A stretch of 63,531 nt of DNA, the filler included, from Octopus bimaculoides (Eukaryota), in NCBI RefSeq assembly GCF_001194135.2. It is 4 parts of 4 records of this genome, joined end to end, with 100 filler letters (N's around TTAATTAATTAA, not from the genome) between each part and the next. Parts side by side here need not be neighbours in the genome. Positions count along the whole stretch, not along the records: positions 1 to 28,674 come from NC_068989.1; 3 more parts are not named here. One strand, written 5' to 3'. The notes under the pieces were generated by a model that did not search any database, had not been told where the DNA came from, and saw only the letters and a program-made list of their open reading frames with translations. Shown in pieces: positions 1 to 13,505 of this stretch. How positions within the stretch are numbered: position 1 is the stretch's first letter; each line of letters starts with the position of its first letter. The position numbers and the translations under genes were made by a program.

Positions 1-32
<32 letters not shown>

Positions 33-33
<1 letters not shown>

Positions 34-432
34 GGGATGACCACTAAGTGGGCATCCGATATGCTAGAAAGAGATCAAAGAAAATAATGTTCTCTAGAAA
101 AAATTTACCAAACACCAGAACATAAGAGGGCAAGACAAATGAAAATATACAAAAGAAAGAATTAATCGTATACCGGTTTCGTGTATAGTTCTGCAAATTA
201 TATTGAATTAGAAAGGTCGTACTGACGAACCACGCACTTTTTTATGTAAATAAAAAGGTTGATGGCGAAAATGGTATACGATTAATTCTTTATTTTGTAT
301 ATTTTCATTTCTCTTGTGCGCTTATGTTCTGGTGTTTGCTGAATTTGTTTCTAGAGAACATTATTTTCTTTGTGGTTGGGTCGTTGATGATCTCTTTCTA
401 GCATATCGGATGTCCACTTAGTGGTCATCCCT
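33..432. mobile_element. Fold-back MITE with ~140-bp terminal inverted repeats
   Basis: agggatgaccactaagtgggcatccgatatgctagaaagagatca... (33-~175) is the near-perfect reverse complement of ...tgatctctttctagcatatcggatgtccacttagtggtcatccct (~271-432). Confidence 0.85.
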
Positions 433-548
433 TCTTATACGCATGTAGTATAATTTTTCTGAATTTTCAGATTTTTTATATTCTATGACACTAGTTTTAA
501 ATTGATGTTAATTAAATTAATATTCAATTTATCACCCTCAGTGTGTAT

Positions 549-579
<31 letters not shown>

Positions 580-972
580 NNNNNNNNNNNNNNNNNNNNN
601 NNNNNNNNNNNNNNNNNNNNNNNNNNNNNNNNNNNNNNNNNNNNNNNNNNNNNNNNNNNNNNNNNNNNNNNNNNNNNNNNNNNNNNNNNNNNNNNNNNNN
701 NNNNNNNNNNNNNNNNNNNNNNNNNNNNNNNNNNNNNNNNNNNNNNNNNNNNNNNNNNNNNNNNNNNNNNNNNNNNNNNNNNNNNNNNNNNNNNNNNNNN
801 NNNNNNNNNNNNNNNNNNNNNNNNNNNNNNNNNNNNNNNNNNNNNNNNNNNNNNNNNNNNNNNNNNNNNNNNNNNNNNNNNNNNNNNNNNNNNNNNNNNN
901 NNNNNNNNNNNNNNNNNNNNNNNNNNNNNNNNNNNNNNNNNNNNNNNNNNNNNNNNNNNNNNNNNNNNNNNN

Positions 973-1013
<41 letters not shown>

Positions 1014-1299
1014 ATGTTTGGTTTTTGTTCAGTTATAATAAAACAATTTTACATTAATCTGATAGATTACTGTACACTTTTGTAGAGTACAAATTTATTA
1101 TTCTTGAACAAGAATATTGTTGAAAATTCAAAGTCACTGTCAACAATATTCTTTTCTCAGCATAATATATAATATGCATAGACACATACATGAATACAAA
1201 TATACATACGTTACTTTCATACATGCATGCTAGCAGGCAGGCAGCCAGATAGATATACAAAAATGGCCCGAGAACTTTTCTGCAAGACAATGACGTGGA

Positions 1300-1881
1300 A
1301 CTAAAGCAATTTATGCTAATAATGCAAACCATATGCATTCAATTTGTCCCAGAGAAAAAGGCCAACATTGACAAAAATATAATTCCCAGAGACAGAAAAA
1401 TTCTGATGCGACAAACAACAAAGACCTCAAAACGTTTAAATGAATAAATCACGCGCAGCTAAATCTCTCACTTAACAAAGGATACTGTTATAAATGGAGA
1501 GTAAAATAATACAATCCCATTAAAAACAGGTCCAGAAAGAAAAACCAGGATAGTAGAAAGTGCCAAAACGATCCCTAAAATTTTCTAGATATTTGTAAAA
1601 GAATACGCGTCATTGCATAGCAAAATAGGGCTATTGTGCCAAGGAAAGTAGATAACTGACTACAGACCCGCTCCTCCCCCCACCCAGCCAAATAGGAAAC
1701 GGAGTTTTGAATAAACAATTCAAAATTTAACCTACTCCGACGGGACATATACAAATAAACAAATGGGATGTGATTTTCAACAAGTCTGTATGAGTGAGTA
1801 GCAACCGTCGTTTATATCGAAATAAAGGCGGAAGGAAAACATTTGAAAACGTATCAAAGGTTTTAACATAAAGGAATATAT

Positions 1882-1912
<31 letters not shown>

Positions 1913-2170
1913 CACACTGAATCGTGGCAAGGCATGGACGGTTTTCGGAGGACCGAATAAATTATGTGTAAATGGAGAATTATACGAGGTATAGTACTAT
2001 ACAAAATACCGAAAGGTATCTTCACCTCTTATATCACACCTTTCTTCCTCATTTAACGCCGATGTGATATAATTTCCTGGGAGAGAAATACTTTTGCGGC
2101 TGAAGATAGCTTTGTATTGTAAATTATACACTGATATAAAGCTTGAAACATGTGTACCGCAGAATCCTTT
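1300..2170 (+). mobile_element. Possible Penelope-like element remnant
   Basis: Decayed frames (PYAFNLSQR; YITPFFLI*RRCDIISWERNTF) and a ctgaaga...gaaacatg terminal motif resemble PLE post-RT/GIY-YIG ends. Heavily degraded. Confidence 0.35.
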
Positions 2171-2200
2171 GTATTTTTGTTGTTATTTTTGGGATTTACA

Positions 2201-2266
<66 letters not shown>

Positions 2267-2289
2267 AAGGAAAAGTCTGTGTAAGCATT

Positions 2290-2700
2290 ACATATGATCC
2301 ATGGTATTACATGGTGCAGAAATGTGGATATTGACGGAAACTCTAACAGACTAGAAACGTTTGAAATGTGGATATATAGAAGGATGTTAAAAATATCTTG
2401 GATAAAATGTAAAACTAATGAAAAAGCGCTACAACTAGCAAATACAACATGTTCCTTACTTTCGAGAGGGAGATAACGTGCATTGGTCACATAGTTTGAG
2501 TACGAAGTAGGTAGTGGCTATTGCGAGATGGAAAGATAAATGATGAACGCTCGCCAGGAAGGCCTAGAAGGTACTGGGTTGCTGACATCAACGACTAAAC
2601 TATCATATGGAGAATATGTAAGAACGGCACAGAAAAGACCCGAATGGAGACCCTCGATATCCAACCTGCCTGCTGATGATTATGACAACGATGACGAAAG
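2290..2700 (+). mobile_element. RTE-clade LINE 3' end
   Basis: RLETFEMWIYRRMLKISWIKCKTNEKAL ... YGEYVRTAQKRPEWR is the RTE C-terminal signature; ends in (GAT/GAC)n. Confidence 0.8.
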
Positions 2701-2719
2701 GAAGACGATACAACAATAG

Positions 2720-3500
2720 TCCTAAATAAATGTACCTAAACTTAGCTAAAGGCTATGGTTGGTTTCCGACAATTTTCTTCAAAACATACAAAAAGTCTCA
2801 AGCAGAACCACTTCAGATATTTTACAAAACGCTTCTCAAACATTTAAAAGAAGGTATACCTTCTATAGATAAGAGAAAAAGTAGAGCAGATGCTAAAATT
2901 TACAGGCCTCTCTTTCACTCGCTGGCGTCATTTATTAAAAAAATGTCGTGACATGAATCGTCAGATGGAAATTAATTTCGTAGAGGAAAATTACTTGCTG
3001 AGACTCACCATGGTTTCTGACTGTCTGGCTAGAAGCTTACTCATACAGAACTACGGTTTGGTAATGATTTTCACCGCCGTTCAAATGTTGATGTAATGCA
3101 TCTCAGCTTTGAGACGTGCTTCAATAAATTTAAACATGGAATTAAATTTTCAAACTACAAGTTATCTGCATAGCGAGAAACAAGGAATGTAGTTGTGCGA
3201 GTTTTAAAATGACAAAAGTTAAAATACGGCAGCTAATGGGATTCTCTCAAAAGATACAATGATTCTGTGTGGAATATTTTGGAAAAATCCTTTGGAGCAA
3301 TTACACTATATAGCTACTGTCTCATCAGTTAAACGAAGAGCAAATTTCACGATCGATACCTGATAATGTCCATAACAAACAAGAATCTCAGTGAGGTCAA
3401 ATACTTCCAGAAACATCTCAATATGATATATAAGTGGACTGCAAGATAAAACACCATGCAATTTAATAATGAAAATACCAAGCACCTTGCTGACATATGC
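2720..3500 (+). mobile_element. Degraded CR1/L2-group LINE reverse transcriptase fragment
   Basis: KRKSRADAKIYRPL...LLAETHHGF...NVDVMHLSFETCFNK...LNMIYKW..NTMQFN follows the YRPISL / QHGF / VDV.YLDF.KAF / W...N.M.FN order. Confidence 0.65.
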
Positions 3501-4087
3501 ACATATTGGGTTAAGAAACCCTAAAAAATATCGAAGGCTGCTCATGGGACCCAAAGCTTCTGTAAAGATTACAAACATTCTACTATTTCAGGTTGATTTG
3601 AAAGTTCTGCCCAATTACGAGTATTGAACCTGTTGAATCTTGTTTATTCTAAAAACTAATAATAATGGCTTCATTAGTTAATGTCTAATCACATCATGAG
3701 GAGTTCTCGAAGGGCAACAACCATATCTTAGTATATTAACACATAAAGCGCGACGGGTCACGTCCATCACCGTCAGGCACAGGTCGTCAAGCCACGATCT
3801 TGGCCCAGATAGATGAATTTAATTTATGAGCGGTTGCTGGGGTCTAATGTCACTCAAACGCTCCGATACCCGCCAGAATGCAAGAGGACTAATAGTTCAA
3901 CTAATGACTTTTCAGCTGACGTAAAACTTGCCACCGTTATATACTAATAAGATATTTTAACTATTTTTTGTTTTTTATGTGTGCATGGTAGTCTCATTTC
4001 CATAAAATGTGCTCAGCTGTCCATGCGATGTAAATGTAAATCCTAGCGCTTTACGGGTTAATGTTTATACATATTGGTACTTCATCG

Positions 4088-4393
4088 GGTTCGACGACGA
4101 CTGTTCCTGATGATCTGATCAATGGAGCAGCTTGATCGTGGAATTAACGTGCGAGTGGCTGAGCACTCCACAGACATGCACATCCTTAATCTCGGGGAGA
4201 TTCAGCATAACACAGAATGTGACAAGGTTGGCCCTTTGAAATCGGTGGTACTAGTCATTTTTGCCAGATGAGTGGACTGGACTAAGGTAAAATAAAGTGT
4301 CTTGCTCAAGGACACAATGCTCCAGCGGGAATCGAACTCACATCCTAACGATTATGAACCGTATGCTCTAACTGCTAAGCCACATGCCTTCAC
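4088..4393 (-). mobile_element. tRNA-derived SINE, family A
   Basis: Reverse strand head gtgaaggcatgTGGCTTAGCAGTTAG...GAGTTCGATTCC (A/B boxes); body shared with 16425-16748. Confidence 0.85.
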
Positions 4394-4404
4394 TAATGCT
4401 TCTA

Positions 4405-4947
4405 CAGGGTGATCCAAAAAGATGTACTCACTCTTTGACAGACGATTACTAACGTATTGTTTTTGGTGATGTACGGGCTTATCTCGATGCAACAAATCCA
4501 AACAAATGGATTGGAGGGAGAGGTAACGTTGAATATCCTGCACGTTCCTCAGACCTCACGCCAATGGATTTTTTTTTTCTATGGGGACATCTCAAAGATA
4601 AGGTTTACGCTGCAAAACCAGTAACAATTGATGATTTGAAAAATGAAATTCGAATACAATGTCTTGCATTTCCAAATGAAATGGTTGGCAATGTTGTCGA
4701 ATCCATTGTTATCAGCTTTATTTGGAAAATGAAGGAAGGCAGTTTGAACATTTGCGAACACGCAGGAATAAGAGAGAACATTAAATAATTTTAAATGACA
4801 ATAAATAATCGTTTCTACAACAATTTATTTTCCTGAATTTAATTTAAGTTTTTAGGATTGTATGTATATCAATAAACATCTACTTGAACACAAAATGCAT
4901 GAGCACTGGGAAGTCAAAGAGTGAGTACATCTTTTTGGAACACCCTG
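4405..4947 (+). mobile_element. Internally deleted Tc1/mariner-superfamily element (non-autonomous)
   Basis: ~35-bp TIRs cagggtgatccaaaaagatgtactcactctttgac / gtcaaagagtgagtacatctttttggaacaccctg, TA at both flanks. Internal YPARSSDLTPMDFFFLWGHLKDKVY is the transposase C-terminal motif. Confidence 0.9.
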
Positions 4948-4965
4948 TATATAACGAACCCAGCA

Positions 4966-6025
4966 TGAAACTAAGCAAAGATCAGATTCGTGACATTATG
5001 CTTTGCGAGTTTCATTCAAAGTCTAACTCAGATGAGGCAACCAAAAATGTTCAAAACGCTTCTGGTGAAGATGTAGTGAATGAAAGAACCTACAGACGTG
5101 GCAATGTCTATTTACTTGGTGAGCCTAGATCAGGATATCCTTCTGAATTATGTAAGAAAATGCTAGCGGCAATACCTACATGGGAAGGTTGTAATAATGA
5201 GAAAGCTTTCCACAGAACTTAGGCGTTGTATTATAATTATTAATAATCGTTTAAAGAAAGCAGAGAAAGTTCCAACTTTGGGAAAATTTATTCCTCATGC
5301 TCCTTTAGCAGAAAGTTGTGAACAAAGGCTTGACTGCTTGCTATGAATAGGTTCACAGACACACAACCTCCAAGCAGTCTCCACAGTAATGTTAAGCGCC
5401 ACAAACAGTGGCTAAACTCAGATCAAAATCCTGTACCATATTCAAGAAGGACGTGGGGTACTTAATCCAAAGAAACTTTCATTGAGTGATTTATGGGATA
5501 TGGAAGGAATTACTATGAGCGTTTAGAGCCGAATCAAGCAATCACTTCTCAAGTCTACTTGAGAAGCCAGCAGCTTCACCGTTTGAAGAAGGATTTGGAA
5601 GACAACGTCCTGCCCTAATAAACTCCAGGTGGGGTTGTCATGCATCAAGATAATGCCCACCTTCACACAGCACAAATCACTAAAAATACTCTGGAATCAT
5701 TCGAATGAGAAAAATGTTTACGCACTTTATATTAACTAAAACCCTGTTCCATTAGATTTCTACTTATCTAAAGATCGTTGGAAAACCATTTCGGCAAGCA
5801 AAATGTGGCCAACAGTGAAGCGATAGAAAAGGAATTAGATGTTATGTATTTTATTTCAAAACCCAACGAAATTTTCAAATCAGACAGTCAAAACTCGCAA
5901 AGAGAGAGAAGTGATAGAAAAATGAAGGAAATTACATAGATGATTCAATTTGCTGTATTAAATATCGTGTTTGAACTTTTAAATAAATTCTAAAAATTGG
6001 GCTGAACTTTCTATGCAGCCTGATA
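4966..6025 (+). mobile_element. Mariner transposase pseudogene
   Basis: QIRDIMLCEF...EATKNVQNASGEDVVNERT, EPRSG.P, MHQDNAHLHTA, ending NEGNYID; many stops and frameshifts. Confidence 0.85.
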
Positions 6026-6404
6026 TTATAATATAGCTAAAGGTGACTTCTATAGTTTGCTCATCTTGAACAAACACAATGCACACGCACACACACACAA
6101 ATATATATATATATATATANNNNNNNNNNNNNNNNNNNNNNNNNNNNNNNNNNNNNNNNNNNNNNNNNNNNNNNNNNNNNNNNNNNNNNNNNNNNNNNNN
6201 NNNNNNNNNNNNNNNNNNNNNNNNNNNNNNNNNNNNNNNNNNNNNNNNNNNNNNNNNNNNNNNNNNNNNNNNNNNNNNATGCGTGCGTGTGTGTAAAACA
6301 TAAGGGTTGAAAATGCGGTAAATTCTATACATATAAATATTTGTATAAAATAGCTTTATTTTTTAACATAGTACGTAAATATCGGTTTGAATGTTTTTGG
6401 AGAT

Positions 6405-6590
6405 TTGGTGGGGGGGGGGTAAGTGATTACATCGACCTCCGGTGCACAACTGGTACTTATTTCATCGATCCCGAAAGGATGAAAGGCTAAGTCGACCTCG
6501 ATGGAATTTAAACCCAGAACGTAAAGATGGACAAAATGCCTTTAAGCATTTTGCCTGGCAAGCTCACGATTCTGTTAGCTTACCGCCTTG
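6405..6590 (-). mobile_element. tRNA-derived SINE, family B monomer
   Basis: Reverse of ggc..gagct.gcagaa.cgt.agc...gtcgact..gcctttcatcctttcggg.tcgat...gtaccag. Confidence 0.8.
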
Positions 6591-6796
6591 CATAGGACAT
6601 AAATATTAATGTTATATATTTAGAAATATGGGAGAGAAAAAAATAATTACAGAGATATGTTTTCAGAAATATTTTCCCTGGACAGTTCTATTGGAAAAGA
6701 TAACGTATATTTTCACGACACGCATACAGAAACAAAAAGATAACGAAACGGAAACTGAATAATGTTCGTAAAAAGAACAAAGTTTTAAGGAATAAA

Positions 6797-7226
6797 TATT
6801 GTTTCCCACTCTAGGCACAAGCCCGAAATTTTGGGGGAGGGGGCCAGTCGATTAGATCGACCCCAGTACGCAACTGGTATTTAATTTGTCGGCCCCGAAA
6901 GTATGAAAGGCAAAGTCGACCTCGGCGGAATTTGAACTCAGACCGTAAAGAGACGAAATACCGCTAAACATTTCGCTCGGTGTGCTAACGTTTCTTATTC
7001 CTTTATTGCCCACAAGGGGCTAGACATAGAGGGGACAAGCAAAGACAGACAAAGGGATTAAGTCGATTACATCGACCCCAGTGCGTAGCTGGTACTTAAT
7101 TTATCGACCCCGAAAGGATGAAAGGCAAAGTCGACCACGGCGGAATTTGAACTCAGAACATAAAGACAGACGAAATACCACTAAGCATTTCATCCGGCGT
7201 GCTAACGCTTCTGCTAGCTCACCGCC
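6797..7226 (-). mobile_element. SINE family B dimer with internal linker (6993-7061)
   Basis: Full head + core + linker (taatccctttgtctgtc...aataaaggaataag) + head-truncated second unit + normal B tail. Confidence 0.85.
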
Positions 7227-9362
7227 ATTATGGAATCAATATTAGTGCATGATGTAGTCGACTTAAGGAATAGCTTTCCAACAGAATTTTTTCCTATCAC
7301 GTTTCAAAACAGTTGTGAGATGGAGCGTTTTGAAAAAAAAAAAACAAAGAAAGACATTAATACATGTTCTTTAAACATCCGCCCCTCCCCACTTCATCGT
7401 TCCTTTGGAACAATCCCTACCACTAAAATATTTTTTTTCGTCTTTTTGTTGTATTCCATATTCAGAAACTTTTTTGCTATTATGTCAAACTGTCGTATGT
7501 CCAAATTTGGCCAAATGGGTTTGTGTTTTTTCCAATATTTTTACTTGCAATAACCGGTTCCTTGGGTAAAACTATCGTATCTCCAGCTGATTCAAATGTC
7601 AAGATATGAAAATTGTGAAAGTGTAGTACAAAGGTTTTGTTATGCAATGGTGAAGCTATTTTTTCGTTTTCTGAAAAAAGCAACGTTTTGGAATGACGAC
7701 ACCTTTGTGTAATAGCAGCGACTTGTAATTCGCATTAGAAAAAATTCTTAAACCCTCATCCATCGTACTCCTAACGATTAAAGTGATTTTTTCACTTATG
7801 CTTTTACGTTTCATCATTCTTTCAACTTTTTTTATAATCTTTTTACAATTCAGTAAAACCTTTTCTATACATCATAAAAATTACATTAAGAGAAAACCAA
7901 AATTATATTAACTAACACGGACCTTATTTACGTTGACATAATTTGAAAATTTAACTTAGGTACCATTTCCCCCCCCCCCTACCTCATAAGACAAAAACAA
8001 AAATATACTGTTTTACATAGGACAAAAAGATTGCAACAAACGGTTAATATGATAGAAGAAAGAATACAAGAGATAATTTAGGTCCCATTATAGGTTTCTC
8101 CAATTAAAAATATTCTTTCCTACATTTTAAAAGAATGAAATTATCATTTTTAAGACGCTTTTTTTTTAAATTCTGATTTTACTGTTCATCCATTTCTGCA
8201 CTACATCTTGCGGTGTATGATTTTAATCGGGAATCTTACGATTTAACAGGGGTTTTTTTTTTTTATAAAAAAAAAATGTGAATTACAAGTGTTTCAAAAT
8301 GTAAAACACAATAAAATGAGAAATAACGAAAAACAAAAATTAACATTTTAATGGTGGTTGTGGTTCCAAAGCAAAGATGAAGCTACGGGCAAACGTTTTA
8401 AATACGGATTTAAAGAGGAAAAAAATGGTTTTTAAAATGTGTTATACGAAAAAATAAGTAAATAAAAGATGGAAATATCTACCAAAATCGAGGAATTCCA
8501 ATTTATATGGGGACAACCATTCCGAAAGTCCGTCCGTGGTGCATGTAGCCAAGAAAAGATTCTGTAGTAATCGAAAACCATATTTTACTTGGCGGGACCG
8601 GTTTTCACAATCGGCGATATTTCGTACTGGTATCGAAAGATCGCCTCACAATCGTTTAGCTTATCGAAATTTAAAGCAGGTTTTGTTTTCAATGCACATT
8701 CAGACCATGTGTGATAGATCCAGATGGGATTAATTTTACATAGTCCTGTCACTTATGACATTTCTAAGACAATGGGCGCAACTTACAGTTTCCTCGTCTT
8801 ATGTCACTTATGTTCGTTTAATAAGGGTATATGTTGATTAATATTTTCACAAATTAGTATTTCTACTTTGAGAAGAGACGGAAGACTGTTCAATTATATT
8901 ATCATATAGGAAAATGAAATAATAGATGTCTGTTTTTATTAAAAAAAATAAAAAAAACAAGTGGAATTGTTTCCCAGAAAGTATTTACTCAGATGAGAAA
9001 CTTTTAGAGAACGTGAAATAATTTGTTCACAGCGGTTGAACTCGAAGATAAAGTTATAAATGATAGTGTTTAAATACTGGATTAAAACCCCTTTCGGATA
9101 AAAAAGGACGTAGACTGCCCGTGGAACTCGAACTCACATCTTTTGTAGTCATGACAGACGATCTACCACAGACTTTTTAAACCAATATTTACACGCTATC
9201 ATGATATTATTTCAAGCTTTATCGACTTCGAGTTTAACTGTCAATATATATATGTGTGTGTGTGTAGATATGTATCTATATGTATGTATATATACGTATG
9301 TATATGTATATGCGTATGTACATGTATATGTATGTATATCTGTATGCATATGTATGTATACA

Positions 9363-9417
<55 letters not shown>

Positions 9418-9492
9418 AGACAGATAGAGAGAGTTCTCGTTTTTGCATGTGCATATATATATATATATATATATACATACATTACATACATA

Positions 9493-10218
9493 CAGTGACT
9501 GCAAAAGTTTACTACACAGTAAAATATCCAAGTTTACATACATTGAGTTAACGCAGGTTAATGAAATTTCCGCCATTCATGAAGTTTTTGTAATATATTT
9601 AATGCAACAATCAAAATTACATAATAATGAACGGAAAAAATTTTTTATGGAAAAAAGTTGAAATTTAAAACGCAGAAGTTGACAACACATTTAACTCAAT
9701 TGAATAATTTTCCAGATATTTTGAATAAAAATATTTTGCATTTTTTTTTGTTTCCAGAACATCTAGTGTTCTAGAAGATTCGGGAAGTTTCTTTGTGAGC
9801 ATTTATAGCCATTGCATCAGTTCTGACAATATCACCGTAAAGTGAATATCATCATCATTGGTAAAAATAAGCAAATTAGTCAAGATCTCCGTGACCTTCA
9901 TAAGAATGGCAATTGGTACAAAAATATCTCTGTACAGCTTAATGTACCCGAGTTCAGTCAGTACGATAATAGGTTACTGGAAATCTCAATTTCATTTTCC
10001 CTCCAATCTGCTCCGGTAGCCCGCCTAAGTTAGCAAAGCGTACAGCAAGAAAACTTGCAAGAACAGCTAGTAATAGACCACAAACTACACTCAAGCAGCT
10101 ACAGGAAGATTTGGAAGCATGTGAGCAAGGATCAGTTCGCAGATCTCTTCGTAATTCTGATCTCTTTTCTCGTTCTCCAGAAAGACCCCATTGNNNNNNN
10201 NNNNNNNNNNNNNNNNNN

Positions 10219-10249
<31 letters not shown>

Positions 10250-10978
10250 CATCTAAGTGAACCGACAACATATTGGGAAAACGTAGATGGGTCTGCTGAA
10301 ACTAAGATTGAGATTTTCGGCAGAAATTCGATCAGCAAGGTTTGGAGAAAGAACGGAGGTGAGTCAGTAATGGTATGGGCTTGTTTTTGCTCATCAAGTG
10401 TTCGAAGAATGGAAGTAATCGAAGGAACAATAGATGGCGAAAAATATAGAGGCATTTTAGAGAGATGTTTAATACATAGCACTTTCTCCTTAAACAATAG
10501 GATAACGATTCAAAACATACAGCAAAGCTGACCAAGAATTGGTCGAAAACAAATGGGATTAATGTTCTGGAATGGCCAAGTCAATCTTCAAACCTTAATC
10601 TAATCGAAAATTTGTGGAAAGAATTGAAACTCAGACTTGAAAAAAGAAACCCGCGTTACTTACACGAATTGAAAAGAATTTGTGTAGAAAAATGGGGGAA
10701 AATAAGCCCCACCACATGTAAAAAGTATTTAGAAGACTATTCAAAGCACCTGAAAGCAAGGGTTGCGCAAGGGTTCGGTTGTATAAATGTTTTAAACTTT
10801 TGCGTTTTGAAATTCAACTTTTTTCCATATAAAATTGTTTCTGTTCATTATGTAATTCTGATCGTTGCATGGAATTTATTCCAAAAATTTCATAAATGGT
10901 GGAAATTTCATTAACCTGCGTTAATTCTATATATGTAAACTTGGATCTTTGTGTGTTGTAAACTTTTGTGGGCCACTG
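9493..10978 (+). mobile_element. Full-length decayed Tc1 element with ~190-bp inverted repeats
   Basis: cagtgactgcaaaagtttac... (9493-~9680) pairs with ...gtaaacttttgtgggccactg (~10790-10978). Transposase remnants: GKNKQISQDLRD, GGESVMVWACF, WPSQSSNLNLIENLWKELK. Confidence 0.9.
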
Positions 10979-11157
10979 AATACATATACGAGGGCTGCTG
11001 AAAAGTTCCTGATATCGCGAAAGGTCTGGTTGGTGGGAAAATATTCAGAATTCTTTTACAGGGCTTACTCATTTTTCTTTTATCATTTCATTATAATGTA
11101 AGTACCAACACTTTATGTCTGTCTCCCTCATTCCTCAGCGAAAGAAGAAGAAGCGAA

Positions 11158-11230
11158 AGAAGAAGAAGCGAAAGAAGAAGAAGCGAAAGAAGAAGAAACA
11201 AAAGAAGAAAAAGCGAAAGAAGAAGAAAAG
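11158..11230. repeat. 15-bp (GCGAAAGAAGAAGAA)n minisatellite
   Basis: About 4-5 tandem copies are visible. Confidence 0.85.
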
Positions 11231-12562
11231 GAATGGTATTAAATGGAAGATAAATAAAGCAAAAATGAATAAATCCATGCTGTCACTTCAAAAGTCTTTA
11301 AATCACAAATTAGACATTAAATGGAAGGAGAGTTCAAATCGACAACTTTTCGAGTCACCATTCATCTATCATATTTGACATGGTAAAATATGTCTTCGTT
11401 TTTAATGAACATATTGCAACTTTCTCTCATCTATTAAGACTACTTCTGTTACAAGTCCAAAGATCAAACTCGTACGTTTTCTTCTTCTCATTAAAATCGC
11501 TTAAATAGACGGCGATCTGGCAGAATCGTTAGCAAGCCAGACAATAATGCTCAGTGGCGTTTTCTTCTGGCTCATTAAGATCCGAGTTCAAATCCCGCCG
11601 AGATGACCTTTACCTTTCTGAGTGATAAAATAAAATAAAAGTGAAACACAGAGGTCAATGTAATTAACATACCACCCCCAAAAAGATTCAGTTTAATATC
11701 TTTGTTTTTCTTTTTGCTAGGTATAAGGCTGGGAACTGACAGAGGTGTTACCACGGCGGGAAAAATGCTCGAATTTTCGTTCAGAGTTCATAATGCCACT
11801 GGGGTCGACTTTGCCTGTCATCCTTTTGGAGTCGATAAAATNNNNNNNNNNNNNNNNNNNNNNNNNNNNNNNNNNNNNNNNNNNNNNNNNNNNNNNNNNN
11901 NNNNNNNNNNNNNNNNNNNNNNNNNNNNNNNNNNNNNNNNNNNNNNNNNNNNNNNNNNNNNNNNNNNNNNNNNNNNNNNNNNNNNNNNNNNNNNNNNNNN
12001 NNNNNNNNNNNNNNNNNNNNNNNNNNNNNNNNNNNNNNNNNNNNNNNNNNNNNNNNNNNNNNNNNNNNNNNNNNNNNNNNNNNNNNNNNNNNNNNNNNNN
12101 NNNNNNNNNNNNNNNNNNNNNNNNNNNNNNNNNNNNNNNNNNNNNNNNNNNNNNNNNNNNNNNNNNNNNNNNNNNNNNNNNNNNNNNNNNNNNNNNNNNN
12201 NNNNNNNNNNNNNNNNNNNNNNNNNNNNNNNNNNNNNNNNNNNNNNNNNNNNNNNNNNNNNNNNNNNNNNNNNNNNNNNNNNNNNNNNNNNNNNNNNNNN
12301 NNNNNNNNNNNNNNNNNNNNNNNNNNNNNNNNNNNNNNNNNNNNNNNNNNNNNNNNNNNNNNNNNNNNNNNNNNNNNNNNNNNNNNNNNNNNNNNNNNNN
12401 NNNNNNNNNNNNNNNNNNNNNNNNNNNNNNNNNNNNNNNNNNNNNNNNNNNNNNNNNNNNNNNNNNNNNNNNNNNNNNNNNNNNNNNNNNNNNNNNNNNN
12501 NNNNNNNNNNNNNNNNNNNNNNNNNNNNNNNNNNNNNNNNNNNNNNNNNNNNNNNNNNNNNN

Positions 12563-12593
<31 letters not shown>

Positions 12594-12819
12594 TGTTCAT
12601 GTTAGTATTGTTGTTGTTTCTCTTGTTATTGTTGGCTTTAACGTTTGGTACCACGCCACTGTCTTCTGCCATAGAGTTCCTCACTCTTTATATATGTTTT
12701 TCATTATCTGTACAATCTGTGTTCCCTTATTCCCCACTTCCATTTCTGAACAGTAACGTTCTGTTCACGTTTTTTTGGGGGGGAGTGTCAAGTTATTTTA
12801 CTGAGACAGCTTAGATTTA

Positions 12820-12856
<37 letters not shown>

Positions 12857-13505
12857 AGAAAGTAGACAAGAATAAGAATAAAGAAAATATTTTAAGAAAT
12901 ACTAACGTTTGAAGTCTGGTGTTAAATGTTTCAGAGCCACATTATCTGGGAGTCCTTTGGAAAATAATGCAAAACTTATCTTTCCTTTACACCGGGTAAA
13001 ATCAAGCCTTTAGATTTCGAGAGCCTTTCTCCTCACACCACTACCGATATCAACATCAGCAGGACCAACACTACCACCACCACAAAGAATAACAATGTAA
13101 TTTTTTTTTCTCATTTAGGCGCAATGGGGAGAGTAGGTTATACGAATATATCGGCTCCATTACTCGACTGGTATTTTATTTTATCGGGAAGGCGGCGAGC
13201 TGGCAGAAACGTTAGCACGTCGGGCGAAATGCTTAACGATATTTCGTCTGAGTTCAAATTCCGCCGAGGTCGACTTTGCCTTTCACCCTTTCGGGGTCGA
13301 TTAAATAAGTACCAGTTACACACTGGAGTCGATTAAATAAGTACCAGTTACACACTGGGGTCGATTAAATAAGTACCAGTTACACACTGGGGTCGATCTA
13401 ATCGACTTAATCTGTTTATCTGTCGTTGTTTGGCCCCTCTGTGTGTAGCCCCTTGTGGGCAATAATGAAATAAGAAATGTTTGCATGCCGGGCAAAATGC
13501 TTAGC

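Noticed and set aside
11115-11378. Lys/Arg-rich protamine-like ORF
   Set aside because: Product of a 15-bp minisatellite.
13293-13388. 32-bp unit repeated three times (CRISPR-like look)
   Set aside because: No spacers. It is slippage between two ggggtcgat motifs in the SINE core, in a eukaryotic context.
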